From the NCBI GenBank assembly GCA_040954595.2, contig CM082577.2, positions 16,313,903-16,377,902 on the forward strand: DNA of 64,000 nt, in the 5' to 3' direction. Positions 1 to 14,383 of this stretch are shown here, piece by piece. The translations under genes were made by a program, and so were the position numbers. Within the stretch, counting starts at the first letter, position 1. Every line of letters starts with the position of its first letter. The notes under the pieces were generated by a model. It was not told where the DNA came from. It searched no databases and saw nothing but the letters and a program-made list of their open reading frames with translations. The stretch comes from Balanoglossus misakiensis. Taxonomy: Eukaryota > Animalia > Hemichordata.

Positions 1-1964
1 ACCCTTTATTAAAGTTCTATTATCTTTATCTTTTAACAGTTTTTCCCTCAAAAAATTTCACATTCGAGTCACCCTTTCTCCTAAATGTTTTTTTTACGAA
101 GAAAGAAGCACAATTTGTGAAGTTTCCGCAACATATACTAGCGCGAAGTCCTATAAACCAAGGTGTCGGAAAGAGCGTGTCTGTTTACAATCACAATGTT
201 CACCTTGGGTCAACTGACGGCAGGAACACAGAAAACAGTGACGTTGTGATCCACACAAGACTTTCAGTTCACGTGAACTGCGTGATCAAAACATCCAGCC
301 ATGTGCTTGCCAGGTTAGTTGTTACAACGCAATGATTCTGAGAATGGCCGATATGGTAAGTGAAAACTGTTTTGTTTTATTCACTACTCTAAAACTTTCT
401 TTCAGTTTTATGGTTCATACCTTGCATGCGTTTTGTGTGTCTGTTTCATAATCTCGTCGGAGGGCAGTACGAGTGAGTGCGTGTCGCCCGTATTGTTCAC
501 GTACGATGCAATAGTCGGAGGCGTATAATGCTTTTCAAACATCCGAGTGCTGCCAGATCCACGTATTTACCTCAATTTTACCGTAGATTCATGAATATAT
601 ATGCTTGTACCAGATACGATTTTTTTCAGGGGAAGTAAAAAAATATAATTTTATTGATGTCTACTTTTCATTTTTACTATTTTGTTTTTACAGTCTTGTA
701 ACTGGAGCTCCAAGACAAAGTTTTCATCCATAGCTACTTGTATACGAGATCGGTGGTGGAGCTGTAATACCAGTGGAATACATAATTGAAATATATGGAG
801 AAAAAATGACCACAGCAAAGGAGTATCTGACATCTGCAATATCAAACATGCCTGAGAAATCTGTTTTAGATGCCCCAATCAGTGGAGTTTACTATAGACA
901 AATAACCATTTGGTTCGGGTGGGTTTTGTGAAGCATTCAGAGCAGTCAGTAAAACTCCTAAATTTGCTACTTCTGATTGGGTGGTGAAAACATATCTTCC
1001 TGATCTTTGTCAACAATAGAGGCAATTAACCAGACTACTGAAGAGCATACCAAAAAAGCTCGGCCAAAAATTTTGCCGAACGACTTCAACATCATCTCAA
1101 AAAGAAAAATGTTTTGCATCAGTATGGTGAAACACTCAAGTACAATCACATTTTCCTCGGGAAAGTAACACCTACAACCATGGTCAAGTGTCTACTGCTG
1201 ACGAAAATGGTGTCCACGGTGCATCCAACGCCATCGCAACATCATGCCCCCCCCCCCCCAACAACAAGTACATCGCTCACAACTGTCATCTATCATATCG
1301 CAGCCTGCTTTCAGTGGTGTGTCCCAGCCAAATATCAATAAAGACATACCCGCACCCAAATCAGCTGCAGCATTCCTTTTTGCAGGTGCTACGATTACAG
1401 GACATTTTAAGATTTTTCTTGGACAAAAACAATGACTGTAATTGACAATTTCTCTTTTGTGAAATAGTCTATGTCCAGTGCGTTTATTGTTGGTAACAGA
1501 TAAAATGATAAGTGGGCACAAATTGAATGACAAGTATGTTTTATGAAATACAAAACATGTTCATAATGGAATTCAGCGTTTCGTGTTTGGCCATTAAACT
1601 GTTGTGGTAATATAAATCCTGACAGTGCGATATTTGTCCTGTATGTTGTGTGAATGTTTGGTGTAGTAAAATAAATAACACAGCTTAATGGTTATCGAAT
1701 GTGGGTTGAGCCACTGATTACTGCCATGAAGGTGTTACGTTCTGAGACTCCATGTGTTAGTTACACTTCAGTAGCTGGCGGAATGGTTTTGGAGTTGGAC
1801 TGCATTTGAAATATTTAAGCTTTGAATTGAAGTTTATGGGTCTTTCAGGATGTTACCCATCATGCACTGTGAACTGTCATTGTGATTTTGGGGGTTTTCT
1901 CTAGAAGGGATTTCACTGTTTACAAAGATTCATTGTGTGTAACTGGTATTGTTTCTTCCACCAG

Positions 1965-2192
1965 GAACGTGTGCCGGTGTGGTACAGTATGAGCCCTCAA
2001 CTATCACCAACGGACCATTATCATAGAGCGATATGCGTTGACTGGATGTACGCTGTGTCATCAGAACTCAATTGTGAGCCTGACACGGTATACACAGCTG
2101 TGTGGTATTTTGACAATTTTATAACAAGGTGCCGGGCTTTTCATGTGGAATTTTAGCAATTGGTTGCTGCGGCCAGCCTATTTACCGCTAGT
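1965..2192 (+). pseudogene. Cyclin-box (cyclin N-terminal domain) fragment with in-frame stop
   Basis: Translation HRAICVDWMYAVSSELNCEPDTVYTAVWYFDNF...F*QLVAAASLFTAS follows the cyclin-box consensus R-x2-L-x-DW...ETLxLAV-x2-DRF...LQLV-x2-A-x-L-x-IA. TAG at 2154-2156 interrupts it, and an acceptor-like ttcttccaccag precedes it. Confidence 0.6.
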
Positions 2193-4837
2193 GTAGTGAT
2201 TTACTTTCATTAATTGGGTGTGTTTGGTTTTGTTGCATACATTCTGTAAGATTGTGTACCTTGGCAGTTAGGCGATGATGGGTTTCATCTTAAATCATCA
2301 ACATTCTGTCTTTTTCTATGACCTGAACAGTTAAATTACTACAACAAAAATAAAATTCCAACTAAATCCATGATTTGAAATCCACAGATAGCTTATTTTG
2401 TAACTTGCCATAGCTCAGCACCCTTTGTACATGCATTACAGAGTCTGCATAGGTGACTATCTTCATTAGTAAGTAGACAAAAATCTCACCAAAATAGTTG
2501 TTCCTGACCCTCTGAAACAGTGAAAATAGGGCAGGGGACACGCCCATGATGGATTGGCCAAGTTGAAGCACCCCACCAGACAAATCAATGCCCGCCTTTT
2601 GTTTACAATAATTTATACACACATTTTTATATAATGCTAAGGTATTTTCTTTCTTTCAATAACAGCAAACTTCACAAAGTCCAGGTGTATGAAGCTGCAA
2701 CATTTGCCAAATACACTGCGGATGCATTTATCCCACGGGGTTTGCAAAATGGAACTGTTGATAATGAAATTACTAGATTTCAAATTATCAACAGTTCCAG
2801 TGACAACCTTCCTTGGGTGTCTATGAGAATTGTATCCCCAAATAAAACCTTGTGCAGGTAAGACATTTGAATTGAAAACATTTAAGTCTGATGTGAAGAT
2901 GACCTCACTTTATTAAAAACGTTAGTCAAAACACTCCACTCAAAGTAAGCATCGGTGGGGTGGGGTGGCAAGCAGTCTGCCTGGTACACTAGACTAACCA
3001 GCCAATAAATGAAATGTGGCGAAGAATGGAGGGGTGGGTCTTAGAAAATTTTGTAAAATAAAGGGCGCAAACCTGCAATTTTGTGGACTTAATAAGAAAA
3101 AGTTTGGTGGCAAAAGTGTGACCCCCCTTAAAACGTTTAAAAAAGATGACCCACCCTACCCTTGGATTGTGCCGGCCCCCAAGCCATAAAAACTGAACGG
3201 TCCCTTATGCCCACAAACGGCTTACACGGTGTATAAAGCTTTTTACCATGGAAAACATTCTAACAAGACTTGGATTATCTATGTTGTGGCCTATGTTCCA
3301 AACTGAACCTAATGAGCCAAGAACTGGCAGCAATGACTGATGATAAACTGATACGAGTAGGGGCAACAAGGGTTGGTGATGGGTATGACTTGTGTAAAAT
3401 GTGTGACATTGTTGTAAGCCAGGCATCAACATATGGGAGTACTACAAGTGCTACAACTGTCCATCGAGAAACAACCCTTCTCTTTAATCCTAAAAGAGGA
3501 AGTGGCAGAAAGAGAAAGAGAGACGGCATGAGGGATTGAGGCACCAGAACGAGAACATGGACAGTGAGATTTAAGCATGCAAAAAAAAAAAGGTGTCAAG
3601 AGACAGATACTGTTTAATGAAAGATAATTAAAAAACACTTGCTAAATATTGAAAATTTCTAATCTCAGAATTTCATAAAAGCTGCATATTACATGTCTTA
3701 GGCCAGGAAGAATAAATAAATTGTTCATCGGAATCGCCGCTTCTACTTTGGCTGATTTGGAAATTATTTTTGGGGGGATCTCGGCATATTCTACTTCCGT
3801 ATTACAAATATTCTTAGTACTGCCTTTGGTGGCGCCCTACACTTTCTCGGGTTTTCACCGGCACAGGATTTTGATTGAGACTTCCGCCATGTTTGGAGTG
3901 AGTTGACCACAACACGTTGTTGTGACTTCTGAATTTGGCGAATCGCGACGCAAAGTGTGTCTATTTGGGCCGAAATTTCCTTGTTCAGTAAAGGTTGGTA
4001 TATGTACATGTCATGAGTATCAATTCGATCGCCAACATTCAACGTGATGGCAAACAGTTAGTTCGAGAGAGGCTATCCAGTGTTTGTCCTGATATTACGT
4101 TTGGCGATTTGTTTAACAACAAAATCGTGACAGCAGATGGACGGTGCATCTGATTGAAAGAAAATTTCATTGAAAGTATAAAAATTTACAACAGTGACAA
4201 AATACCGGTACATGGTTGCGTCGATGTTAAGTAGGATCTGAGGTGTCAGTCTGCAGCGAGTTCACATGAAGTTTGTGGTGTTCCATGTGTCTAACTCGGA
4301 TAGTCAACATGCACACAAAGCCATTCCATCTACCGGTACTTCCGCCACTGCGCCATCTGATACTGGCGGCCACATTCAAAATGCGTTTTTCGATCATGAT
4401 GTCCACTGTTACTGATGTCTGTCTGCCTGACAAAATAGATGTTTCCCACAAGCTATTACGTCCCAAGTTCTTTAAAATGATATTATTCAGCTGTTTGACG
4501 AACTTTGTGCAGACTGGAACAAATTAGACACGGCTACCGCGACCAAAACGGTGTGTGCAGTGAGAGATAGTCTGTACAGTGTTGTTTGACCATCATTTAA
4601 AATGTGTAGACACAGTGGTAAAGATACCAAGACATGGGGACAAAGTAAAATGAAAAAAAAAACTCAGATGTTACGTCCCACAAGGACAATATTAATTAAA
4701 GGATAATACTAAATTGTGGGATTTCAGTAATTTGCTGTGCATTTCGTTTTATTCTGACAGCATGTTGAAAGACTCAGAATATGCTGTGCAAACACCAACT
4801 GTAAATGTAATTGCCTATGTTATTGTTGGGAAATATA

Positions 4838-6090
4838 CAGACCTGCCAATAAGTATTCACGCACCTTGAAAATGTACGTTTGACATGAAAAATTACTCAC
4901 AAAATCGATCGAGTGTAACTTATTTCCGAAAATAAATAACCTACGGAAGGTTTAACCCATTTTAGTCAACACAGATGTGTTGCCGCGCCGAATTTGACTG
5001 TATACGCGGCGAGTTTTCCGGCCAGTGAAAATTCCTATGGTTATTGCAATGGTGGTATACTCATTAACATATCATTTGCATCTCATTAACTTTTCGCGCC
5101 ATTGTTTCCGTGGATAATTTCCCTCTATTCATATTTAAATCTCCACCAATCAGAGCTTTTATATATAATTCCGATTAAATTTGGGGGCGGGAAAATCTGC
5201 TAGACTTGCTTATGAATATTCTGATCGAGGTCGTCGGAGGTTGCTGCATAATTTTTGTTTGTAAACATTGGATCAATGAAACCATGCCCAAAGTTCGCGA
5301 ACTTCCTGAATTTGTGAAAGGTCAAATTGAGGCACTGCATAGGCAAGGTTTGAGGAACAGGGAAATCGCAAGTTCGAGTCGAGAACACCATGAATCGCTG
5401 GAAGTACTTGGACGTACTGCAAAACGAAATGCTACCATCGGCTTTGAGACTCGTCGGGCCCGACTTTGTGTTCCAGCAGGACAATGCCCCCGTACATACT
5501 GCCTTGGCTGTGAAATCATTTCTGCAAAATCCCCAGGATTACGGCTATCCGTTCGACAATTTCACTACTTTGGAGTGGCCAGCCCAGTCTCCAGATTTGA
5601 GCCCCATCGAGAACCTGTGGGAGTTAATCGACTTGGACGTTCATTCCCGTCCAATTCACAGCATCGACGACCTGTTTGACCGCATTGTAACATCTTGGGA
5701 ACAATTCCAGCAAAATATGTGTCGAAAACTCGTCGACACTATGCCCAAGCGCCTGCGAGAGGTCATCAGGAGAAGGGGTGGACATACCCATTATTGACAG
5801 TTGTTACGTTCGATTTCACCTCATGAATATTCATGACGTTCTTTGCATTGTTGTTCCCATAGAGAATGGAACGTTTCGCCGACTCCGTTGCATATCTAAT
5901 TTTACGTCGCTATTTCTCACTCAAATTTAATCGCACATGAAAGATTTTCGCTGTACAACTGTTATTTCTCGTGAATTCATTAAATATTTTTGAATTTTCG
6001 CTAAAAACTGTCTGCAAGGTGTGTTATTTCATGTTTCTGAAACGTTTTGACTGCAGAACGTGGGTGCGTAAATACTTATTGGCGGGTCTG
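4838..6090 (+). mobile_element. Tc1-type DNA transposon, internally deleted (copy 1)
   Basis: TA flanks both ends. 28-bp TIR CAGACCTGCCAATAAGTATTCACGCACC matches at 26/28. A transposase N-terminus (MPKVRELPEF..., ATG 5284) is joined out of frame to the C-terminal part. Confidence 0.92.
5284..5797 (+). pseudogene. Tc1 transposase with internal deletion
   Basis: The first HTH start (LPEFVKGQIEALHRQGLRNREIA) is followed in another frame by FQQDNAPVH...WPAQSPDLSPIENLW...GGHTHY. The second HTH and the first catalytic D are missing. Confidence 0.9.
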
Positions 6091-7320
6091 TAGTATTGAA
6101 TTCAGTTACAAGTACATGTATCAGTGTTTTTGTCTGAGATATTTCTGGTAAAAAGGGAAACAATTATCTCGCCTTGTCTGCATCTGTGCAAATATGCCAG
6201 AGAACCGCATTTACCTTTGACCAAAAAAAAAAAAAAAAAAAATTTGCTCGCCGCTCCTGGAACTTGGTCTCTCTGACCTTATGAACTTGCATCCAAAATT
6301 CCAACGCAATCTGTCAAAAACTTGGGTTTCCTTTAGGAATGGTGGTAGGGGCCATCCAAGTATACTTTGAACCCAGCATGAATCACCCAGATGTCGTGGC
6401 TCTCGGTCACATCAGATTAGACCCATCAATGTGGTATGACCAAGATTATGTTTTCAGCAGTTTGCTAGAGCTGGGGGCTCAGTTTCCAGCGATTATTACC
6501 CTGAAGGGGACGGAAGGAGACCTTTATGGGTTGGACGTCCATGCAACAGCTAATACTATCCAGTGTTTGTCCTGATATTACGTTTGGCGATTTGTTTAAC
6601 AACAAAATCGTGACAGCAGATGGACGGTGCATCTGATTGAAAGAAAATTTCATTGAAAGTATAAAAATTTACAACAGTGACAAAATACCGGTACATGGTT
6701 GCGTCGATGTTAAGTAGGATCTGAGGTGTCAGTCTGCAGCGAGTTCACATGAAGTTTGTGGTGTTCCATGTGTCTAACTCGGATAGTCAACATGCACACA
6801 AAGCCATTCCATCTACCGGTACTTCCGCCACTGCGCCATCTGATACTGGCGGCCACATTCAAAATGCGTTTTTCGATCATGATGTCCACTGTTACTGATG
6901 TCTGTCTGCCTGACAAAATAGATGTTTCCCACAAGCTATTACGTCCCAAGTTCTTTAAAATGATATTATTCAGCTGTTTGACGAACTTTGTGCAGACTGG
7001 AACAAATTAGACACGGCTACCGCGACCAAAACGGTGTGTGCAGTGAGAGATAGTCTGTACAGTGTTGTTTGACCATCATTTAAAATGTGTAGACACAGTG
7101 GTAAAGATACCAAGACATGGGGACAAAGTAAAATGAAAAAAAAAACTCAGATGTTACGTCCCACAAGGACAATATTAATTAAAGGATAATACTAAATTGT
7201 GGGATTTCAGTAATTTGCTGTGCATTTCGTTTTATTCTGACAGCATGTTGAAAGACTCAGAATATGCTGTGCAAACACCAACTGTAAATGTAATTGCCTA
7301 TGTTATTGTTGGGAAATATA

Positions 7321-8573
7321 CAGACCTGCCAATAAGTATTCACGCACCTTGAAAATGTACGTTTGACATGAAAAATTACTCACAAAATCGATCGAGTGTA
7401 ACTTATTTCCGAAAATAAATAACCTACGGAAGGTTTAACCCATTTTAGTCAACACAGATGTGTTGCCGCGCCGAATTTGACTGTATACGCGGCGAGTTTT
7501 CCGGCCAGTGAAAATTCCTATGGTTATTGCAATGGTGGTATACTCATTAACATATCATTTGCATCTCATTAACTTTTCGCGCCATTGTTTCCGTGGATAA
7601 TTTCCCTCTATTCATATTTAAATCTCCACCAATCAGAGCTTTTATATATAATTCCGATTAAATTTGGGGGCGGGAAAATCTGCTAGACTTGCTTATGAAT
7701 ATTCTGATCGAGGTCGTCGGAGGTTGCTGCATAATTTTTGTTTGTAAACATTGGATCAATGAAACCATGCCCAAAGTTCGCGAACTTCCTGAATTTGTGA
7801 AAGGTCAAATTGAGGCACTGCATAGGCAAGGTTTGAGGAACAGGGAAATCGCAAGTTCGAGTCGAGAACACCATGAATCGCTGGAAGTACTTGGACGTAC
7901 TGCAAAACGAAATGCTACCATCGGCTTTGAGACTCGTCGGGCCCGACTTTGTGTTCCAGCAGGACAATGCCCCCGTACATACTGCCTTGGCTGTGAAATC
8001 ATTTCTGCAAAATCCCCAGGATTACGGCTATCCGTTCGACAATTTCACTACTTTGGAGTGGCCAGCCCAGTCTCCAGATTTGAGCCCCATCGAGAACCTG
8101 TGGGAGTTAATCGACTTGGACGTTCATTCCCGTCCAATTCACAGCATCGACGACCTGTTTGACCGCATTGTAACATCTTGGGAACAATTCCAGCAAAATA
8201 TGTGTCGAAAACTCGTCGACACTATGCCCAAGCGCCTGCGAGAGGTCATCAGGAGAAGGGGTGGACATACCCATTATTGACAGTTGTTACGTTCGATTTC
8301 ACCTCATGAATATTCATGACGTTCTTTGCATTGTTGTTCCCATAGAGAATGGAACGTTTCGCCGACTCCGTTGCATATCTAATTTTACGTCGCTATTTCT
8401 CACTCAAATTTAATCGCACATGAAAGATTTTCGCTGTACAACTGTTATTTCTCGTGAATTCATTAAATATTTTTGAATTTTCGCTAAAAACTGTCTGCAA
8501 GGTGTGTTATTTCATGTTTCTGAAACGTTTTGACTGCAGAACGTGGGTGCGTAAATACTTATTGGCGGGTCTG
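7321..8573 (+). mobile_element. Tc1-type DNA transposon, internally deleted (copy 2, from the tandem duplication)
   Basis: Identical to 4838-6090, with TA flanks and TIRs. Confidence 0.92.
7767..8280 (+). pseudogene. Tc1 transposase with internal deletion (copy 2)
   Basis: Identical to 5284-5797. Confidence 0.9.
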
Positions 8574-9182
8574 TAGTATTGAATTCAGTTACAAGTACAT
8601 GTATCAGTGTTTTTGTCTGAGATATTTCTGGTAAAAAGGGAAACAATTATCTCGCCTTGTCTGCATCTGTGCAAATATGCCAGAGAACCGCATTTACCTT
8701 TGACCAAAAAAAAAAAAAAAAAAAATTTGCTCGCCGCTCCTGGAACTTGGTCTCTCTGACCTTATGAACTTGCATCCAAAATTCCAACGCAATCTGTCAA
8801 AAACTTGGGTTTCCTTTAGGAATGGTGGTAGGGGCCATCCAAGTATACTTTGAACCCAGCATGAATCACCCAGATGTCGTGGCTCTCGGTCACATCAGAT
8901 TAGACCCATCAATGTGGTATGACCAAGATTATGTTTTCAGCAGTTTGCTAGAGCTGGGGGCTCAGTTTCCAGCGATTATTACCCTGAAGGGGACGGAAGG
9001 AGACCTTTATGGGTTGGACGTCCATGCAACAGCTAATACACATCCACGACTTCGGGGGGACAAAGGAGGCAATAATCGAGTGGCAACGCCATTTCCCCCC
9101 ACCCCCCACCCCCCAGTTACTTTGGATTCATAGCGGCAGTGAGGTCTTTTGACAGGGTTCAGTTGGCCAGGATGAGAACCGA

Positions 9183-9500
9183 TTGTTGGTGGAAAACAAC
9201 ACTCCGTTATATACCCTGGGGGCCATCCAAGAAACTGTCACCCGATCCCACATCAAAGACGCGGTAATCGAAGTGGCTTGGGGGCGCCAAGTTCATTTCG
9301 AGGAGCTGCTGGAGAACTACCAGGCGCCTCTAGAAGCTCTAGGGGTACTGCCAAGGAATTATGAAGATGATCTAAATTTATGGACTGACAAAGCTCACAA
9401 AGCCCAACCATGGTATATTGGTAATAAGTTGCATCTACTCGACAAAAATCTTCTGAATATAAAACCACATGACATGATAAGTAGAGCTCCAAGAGGTTAA
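9183..9500 (+). pseudogene. Possible CMC/EnSpm transposase fragment
   Basis: The C-terminal part PWYIGNKLHLLDKNLLNIKPHDMISRAPR resembles the animal EnSpm transposase motif (P)WYIG...D-x2-L-x2-IKP-x3-I-x-R-x-PR. The rest of the ORF is unrecognised. Confidence 0.45.
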
Positions 9501-10483
9501 ATGTCAAATGAACTGGCACACTGGAAAGCATCAGAGTTCAGGAGTTTCCTACTATATTACTCCATCCCAATATTATGGAAAATACTGCCTGATGATTAGT
9601 AGAGTATATATATTTATTACTACAAACATTAATTTCACCAAGAGACTTAAAAAAGTCATCTAGCCTTCTCAAACATTTCTCATTAAAGATTGAAAGCTTC
9701 TACGGGACGCGATATCAAACATACAACATGCACATGTAGCTTCAATTTGTACATAGAGTTCGATGTTTATGGCCTCTATGAGCAATGTCATGCTTCTTTT
9801 ATGAAGACTGCAATGGTGAGCTTAGAGACCTCTGTCATGGCAAGAATTGTACACTGTTGCATTTTTGTAGATTGTAGCAGAAGTGAATGTTGCTTGTTTA
9901 CTTATGCCCCAACACTGTTAAAAAGGATTAAACTTCGTTATATTGGGGATATTTGCAATGATTGTATGTTTTTGGTGATTTAGACTGACAGCCAGCATAA
10001 TTAATAGAGAATAAGCATTATTGTATAATTTCAAGGAGACAACATTTGCATTCAGGATTTTTGTTGTGTGTGCTGTGTATGCATAGCTGTCACCAAAATA
10101 AATCCAGACATTGATACATCATGAAAAAGATGTAATAAAGATATTACCTATATACTGTACATGTACTGTCTCATTGTTGTGAATATTACTTTATGTGCTG
10201 TCAGTCAAACATGCATCACCATGGCTCAAGAATTTTAGAGCCTGGGCCTATTTTCAACAGGAAAGGCTGCAGTCCTTACCTAGCACTCACTATTACATTC
10301 GAATTTGGATTATTGCAGTGGACCAACCCATAATAGCTTTTTTGGGGGTGGGGGTGGGTATTGGACTGTTTTTCAGTACATTCCAGTGATAGAACACTCC
10401 AAAAAGATGGATGAGCCCTCAGCAGAGCATACATGTAGGGTCTATTAGCAATCTGATTAAAACTCTACTTCTTCATGTTCTGA

Positions 10484-10663
10484 GTGCCTTCATCACTGTT
10501 CCTGATGTGCAAAAGCTGCTATGTCTAAAGCGGGTGTGTTTTGGGTGCCTTCAAAGCTATTGCTCTGATGTGAAAAAGGTTTATGTCTAAAGCAAGTGTG
10601 TTTTGGGTGGCTTCATCACTGTTCCTAAAGTGAAAAAGTTGCTAAGTCCAAAGTGGGTGTGTT
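10484..10663. repeat. Degenerate tandem repeat, ~3 copies of ~60-65 bp
   Basis: gtgccttcatcactgttcctgatgtg...atgtctaaagcgggtgtgtttt recurs three times. Confidence 0.7.
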
Positions 10664-13119
10664 TTTAATTCCTAAATTTTAAGGCACATTTTTAGGAAAA
10701 AAGTATATTTTTAGAAACTACAAAGCATGGGCTAACATATAACATATCAAATATTGGTGAAATTGACAATAGTAAAAATGTTTTATATTTTTCATCATTT
10801 TAAATTCCTAAATTTTAAGGCACATTTTTAGGGAAAAAAAATAAAAAATAAATATTGAAATTATCAGTATTATTTTTCTGTTGACTAAAATGTTTGTTTA
10901 CATTTTGGGTTTTATTTAAAAATTTAGTTATAATAGAAATGTACAAAACTGCATATTATTCGACTTACAAAGGCATATCTTATCATGATGAATTTTAGTT
11001 AACTTTTAGAAAAAAAGATTTTTTATTGAAAAACAAGCACAGTGACCCTATGTTTTTTTTTTCATTTTTGGATTACCCACGTACGGTATGTTGGTATCCA
11101 AAAAATTATATTTAAAAATATGACAATACTTTCATTTTTTCTGAACCTTAATGTGGTATATTTTCTTTGTAAATTGTAGTGTATGTTTAGAAACTAATGA
11201 ATTCCCCAATGCATAATTATCTAATGTGTCCAAGCAACAAGCTTGCAATGATCAGCTACGAGATGACCTTCCTGACAAGACAGGGGCTATTAATACATTT
11301 GTGGGCCACTTTAATAGAGTTGTGTGAGGCAAAATAGAATTTGAATAATTGAACTTTTGAAGGTATATTTCCTCTGTTTTGATGGCCACCAATTTGTATA
11401 TAATCCCATGTTGATTTCATCGCTGACACTATTTTAATAATTTTTAACACTTTTTAGGATGATCCATCAATGGTGGTGCCTAATGGAGAGAAAATGCATA
11501 TTCAAAGAGGACCTACTGAAGTTGATAAATAATCTAACATGGACAACATTCCTTGAGGAAGAGCTACCTACGTTACTTGACTGCAGTGATATGGAAGAGA
11601 AAGAATGGCCCATTCACAACCTTCTTCAAACAGTGAACAAGTCTATTGTGGTACACTCTCACAACCTGCCAGTACACCCTCACGACTTTCTTCACAGAGA
11701 AATAAATACATGAGTGGCACTCCCTCACACTTTTCTGACAGTTTCCTTTCACAAGCCAACACAAACCCTGTTGGAATCACTCATATAATAGTCATGCCAC
11801 TGACATTCCTGGTATACTCAACACTTACAATAGCACAAACTCTACATTCTCATTTTGATCCATCATCATCTACCAGAACACCATTGCCTCAAAATAATTC
11901 ATATGAAGCTGATACCACACAACCTGCTGGATTTCTTCAAATGATGTACGATGACGTGTGCACTGTGTGTTCCTATAAAGACCACCAAATAACAAGCCTT
12001 AAGGAGAAGTTAACAAACAGTGAACATAACCTGCATCATATTAGAGTTCGAGCCAATAAGATTTCTGGTGTATTTTATTTTTTAAACATACATTAGCGAA
12101 TAAACTATGAAATGAAATGAAATGATTACATTGAAGTATGAAGAAGCACAGAAGAAAATTGGGAAGTGTTCACATAATTCTTCGATTATAATTTATTTGT
12201 TTTGATAATGATATTATGAGAAGCTTGGCTGACATAAAAAGCTTTTGATTATTTTTTTATTTCCACTTGTGTCCCCTGTTTTGTGTAAATTGGTTTTGTT
12301 GTCAGACCAATTAAATGTAAAAGGCAGTCACATTTGCTAGATAGACTGTGAATAGCCATGAATGCAGGTGTATTGTCATGGATTACTCTTGTGTTGATAA
12401 CATACTTATTTTTAAATGTACAGCCTCCTTAATGAATTTGAAATCAGTATGAGGACCCTCTAGTTCCGGTAGAGATGGACGAAGACATATTTCATTATGT
12501 AACTTCATTTAATTTTTGTCGGAATTAAATGAAGTTGTAGTGATACACATGAGTATAAAAGTTACAAGGAGAGTTTGTTGTGACTTGATTTGGATGAAAA
12601 TAAAATAAACATCTTCGACAAAGCTTCAAAAATTAAGCTTGTTTAAAGGTTTGTTTAGTAAAGCATTGTTGAAGGTTTTTTTCACCAAGCTTTGAAGACG
12701 CTTTGCAACCACAACATTGGCCAAAGATTGGAATTATAAGGTTTCACAAAGGTTAGTACAGCTTAGGTTCAACTAAGGCTAGTAATAAGAAGCTTCAGCG
12801 AAGGTTGGGACATGACCCCTTCAGCAAAGGTCGGCACCCAAACTCTTGTAGCAAGCTTCAACACAAAGCTTATTGCAACATTGTTCCAAGCTTTGTCCAA
12901 GGTACTGCACAATCGCGCGTGTATAGAGGCACCCAACAGCTCGCAACGATTTTTTTCGAACGTGAAGTCGTTCGTTTGTTCGTTCGTTCGTTCGATGCCG
13001 CGTTAGTCCGTCATTCCTGTGTGGCAGCAACGCAGGACCGAACTGTCAGCTCGAGCCAATAACCCACGTAGGAATTCTAAAAAGACGTGTCCGAGACAAA
13101 AACCAAGGAAAAATCGCCC

Positions 13120-13927
13120 TTTTCCAGATGATGACAGTCTTTCCTTGGAATGCGCCTGCCTTCAAGGGAATTGTCTGCGGAAGCTTTGGAGTACGCATGT
13201 TTTAGGCACAACAAGAAAATAGTTTGATGGTCGCATGTATAATGAACAGAACTTGATGCTCTACAAACTGATGGATATGCAGATGAAGTCGCACAAGAAA
13301 TCGGTTCGTTATCACCTGGTGAATGAAGGCGGTAAAACGGTTACTGTCTGCAAAAATGCATTCCTGAAATTATTTGGCATAAGTGAGAGTCGGACCGTTC
13401 TAAGCAAAATGATGCACTGTTCAACTGGTCTGATGCAGGATGCAAGGGGCCGACACAAAGGGCATCGTCGGAAACTCAATCCAAATTTGCTGACTGATAT
13501 CACTGAACACGTATGCAGGCACAGAATTGTAGAATCTCACTACTGCAGGAATCCTCGATTTAAACCGTACCTGGCGCCGGACCACAGTATATCGCAGTTA
13601 CACCGAGAGTTCATAACCAACCAATCTCTTCTGGGATGAACAACTGTCAGTTATACGATATTTCGTAAAATTGTGAGCGAGGACCTAAATACGGGACTCA
13701 GAAAACCCCATAAAGATACATGTAGAAAGTGTGATACGTATGTAAATAAGAAAAAACACGCCAGCCCAGTTTTGAAAATTCAATTACAGCGTGAACATGA
13801 TGAACATTTGAAAGTAGCTGATTTTCACTATGCATGTCGCCACTATGATTTCAAAATCCTTGCAAAACATGGAGATTCTGACACAAACAGTGAACCACGT
13901 TGGCCAAAGTGGAAAGAAACTAGTTAG
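13120..13927 (+). pseudogene. Degenerate DNA-transposase N-terminal half, Sola-like
   Basis: Motifs VCKNAFLKLFGIS, DARGRH, ESHYCR...YL..D.SI and KPHKDTCRKCD are spread over broken frames (stop at ~13220, frameshift near 13640). They resemble Sola1-type transposases. Confidence 0.55.
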
Positions 13928-14383
13928 TCACTTGTTTCTCAGAAATGTTTTGTAAAATGCACAATCTAATGTGTCATTAAAGACTGTAAACAACAAACAC
14001 AATAACACACTGCACATTCAAAATTTATAGTTGATTAAAATACTTGTACAAAAATGCAATATTGTCTGTAAACATAAATATAACCAGGGCCGGGAATGCA
14101 CGTGGAACTTTACGCGGTGGCTTGCTGGGAATAAACGTGGTCTCCTCTGAACAGTTGCCACAGATAAACGGGCCCACAGCAGATGAGTTAATTTCAGCAG
14201 GTGACACTCCCCTTTTGGCCAGCTCAGCTCTGGGAAAAGACCAAATATATTGGTGCAATGAATGAATGGACGGACACAAAACACGGTTTGGTTCAGCTGT
14301 AAGGGAGGGGGTGGGTGCAGTTTGACTGAACAGCTAGGCATTTGAACTCTCCAATGGCCTTTAAGATCTGTCTTGAAATTGAA

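Larger units (their letters stand above)
4073..9038. repeat. Exact head-to-tail tandem duplication, unit 2,483 bp (4073-6555 / 6556-9038)
   Basis: The ORF sets are identical and offset by 2,483 bp. The junction reads gctaata|ctatccagtg at 6555/6556, and even the A20 run has the same length in both copies. Confidence 0.95.

Noticed and set aside
5206-5679. 157-aa ORF as a gene (also 7689-8162)
   Set aside because: Only the MPKVRE...REIA part is transposase; the rest is out-of-frame read-through after the internal deletion.
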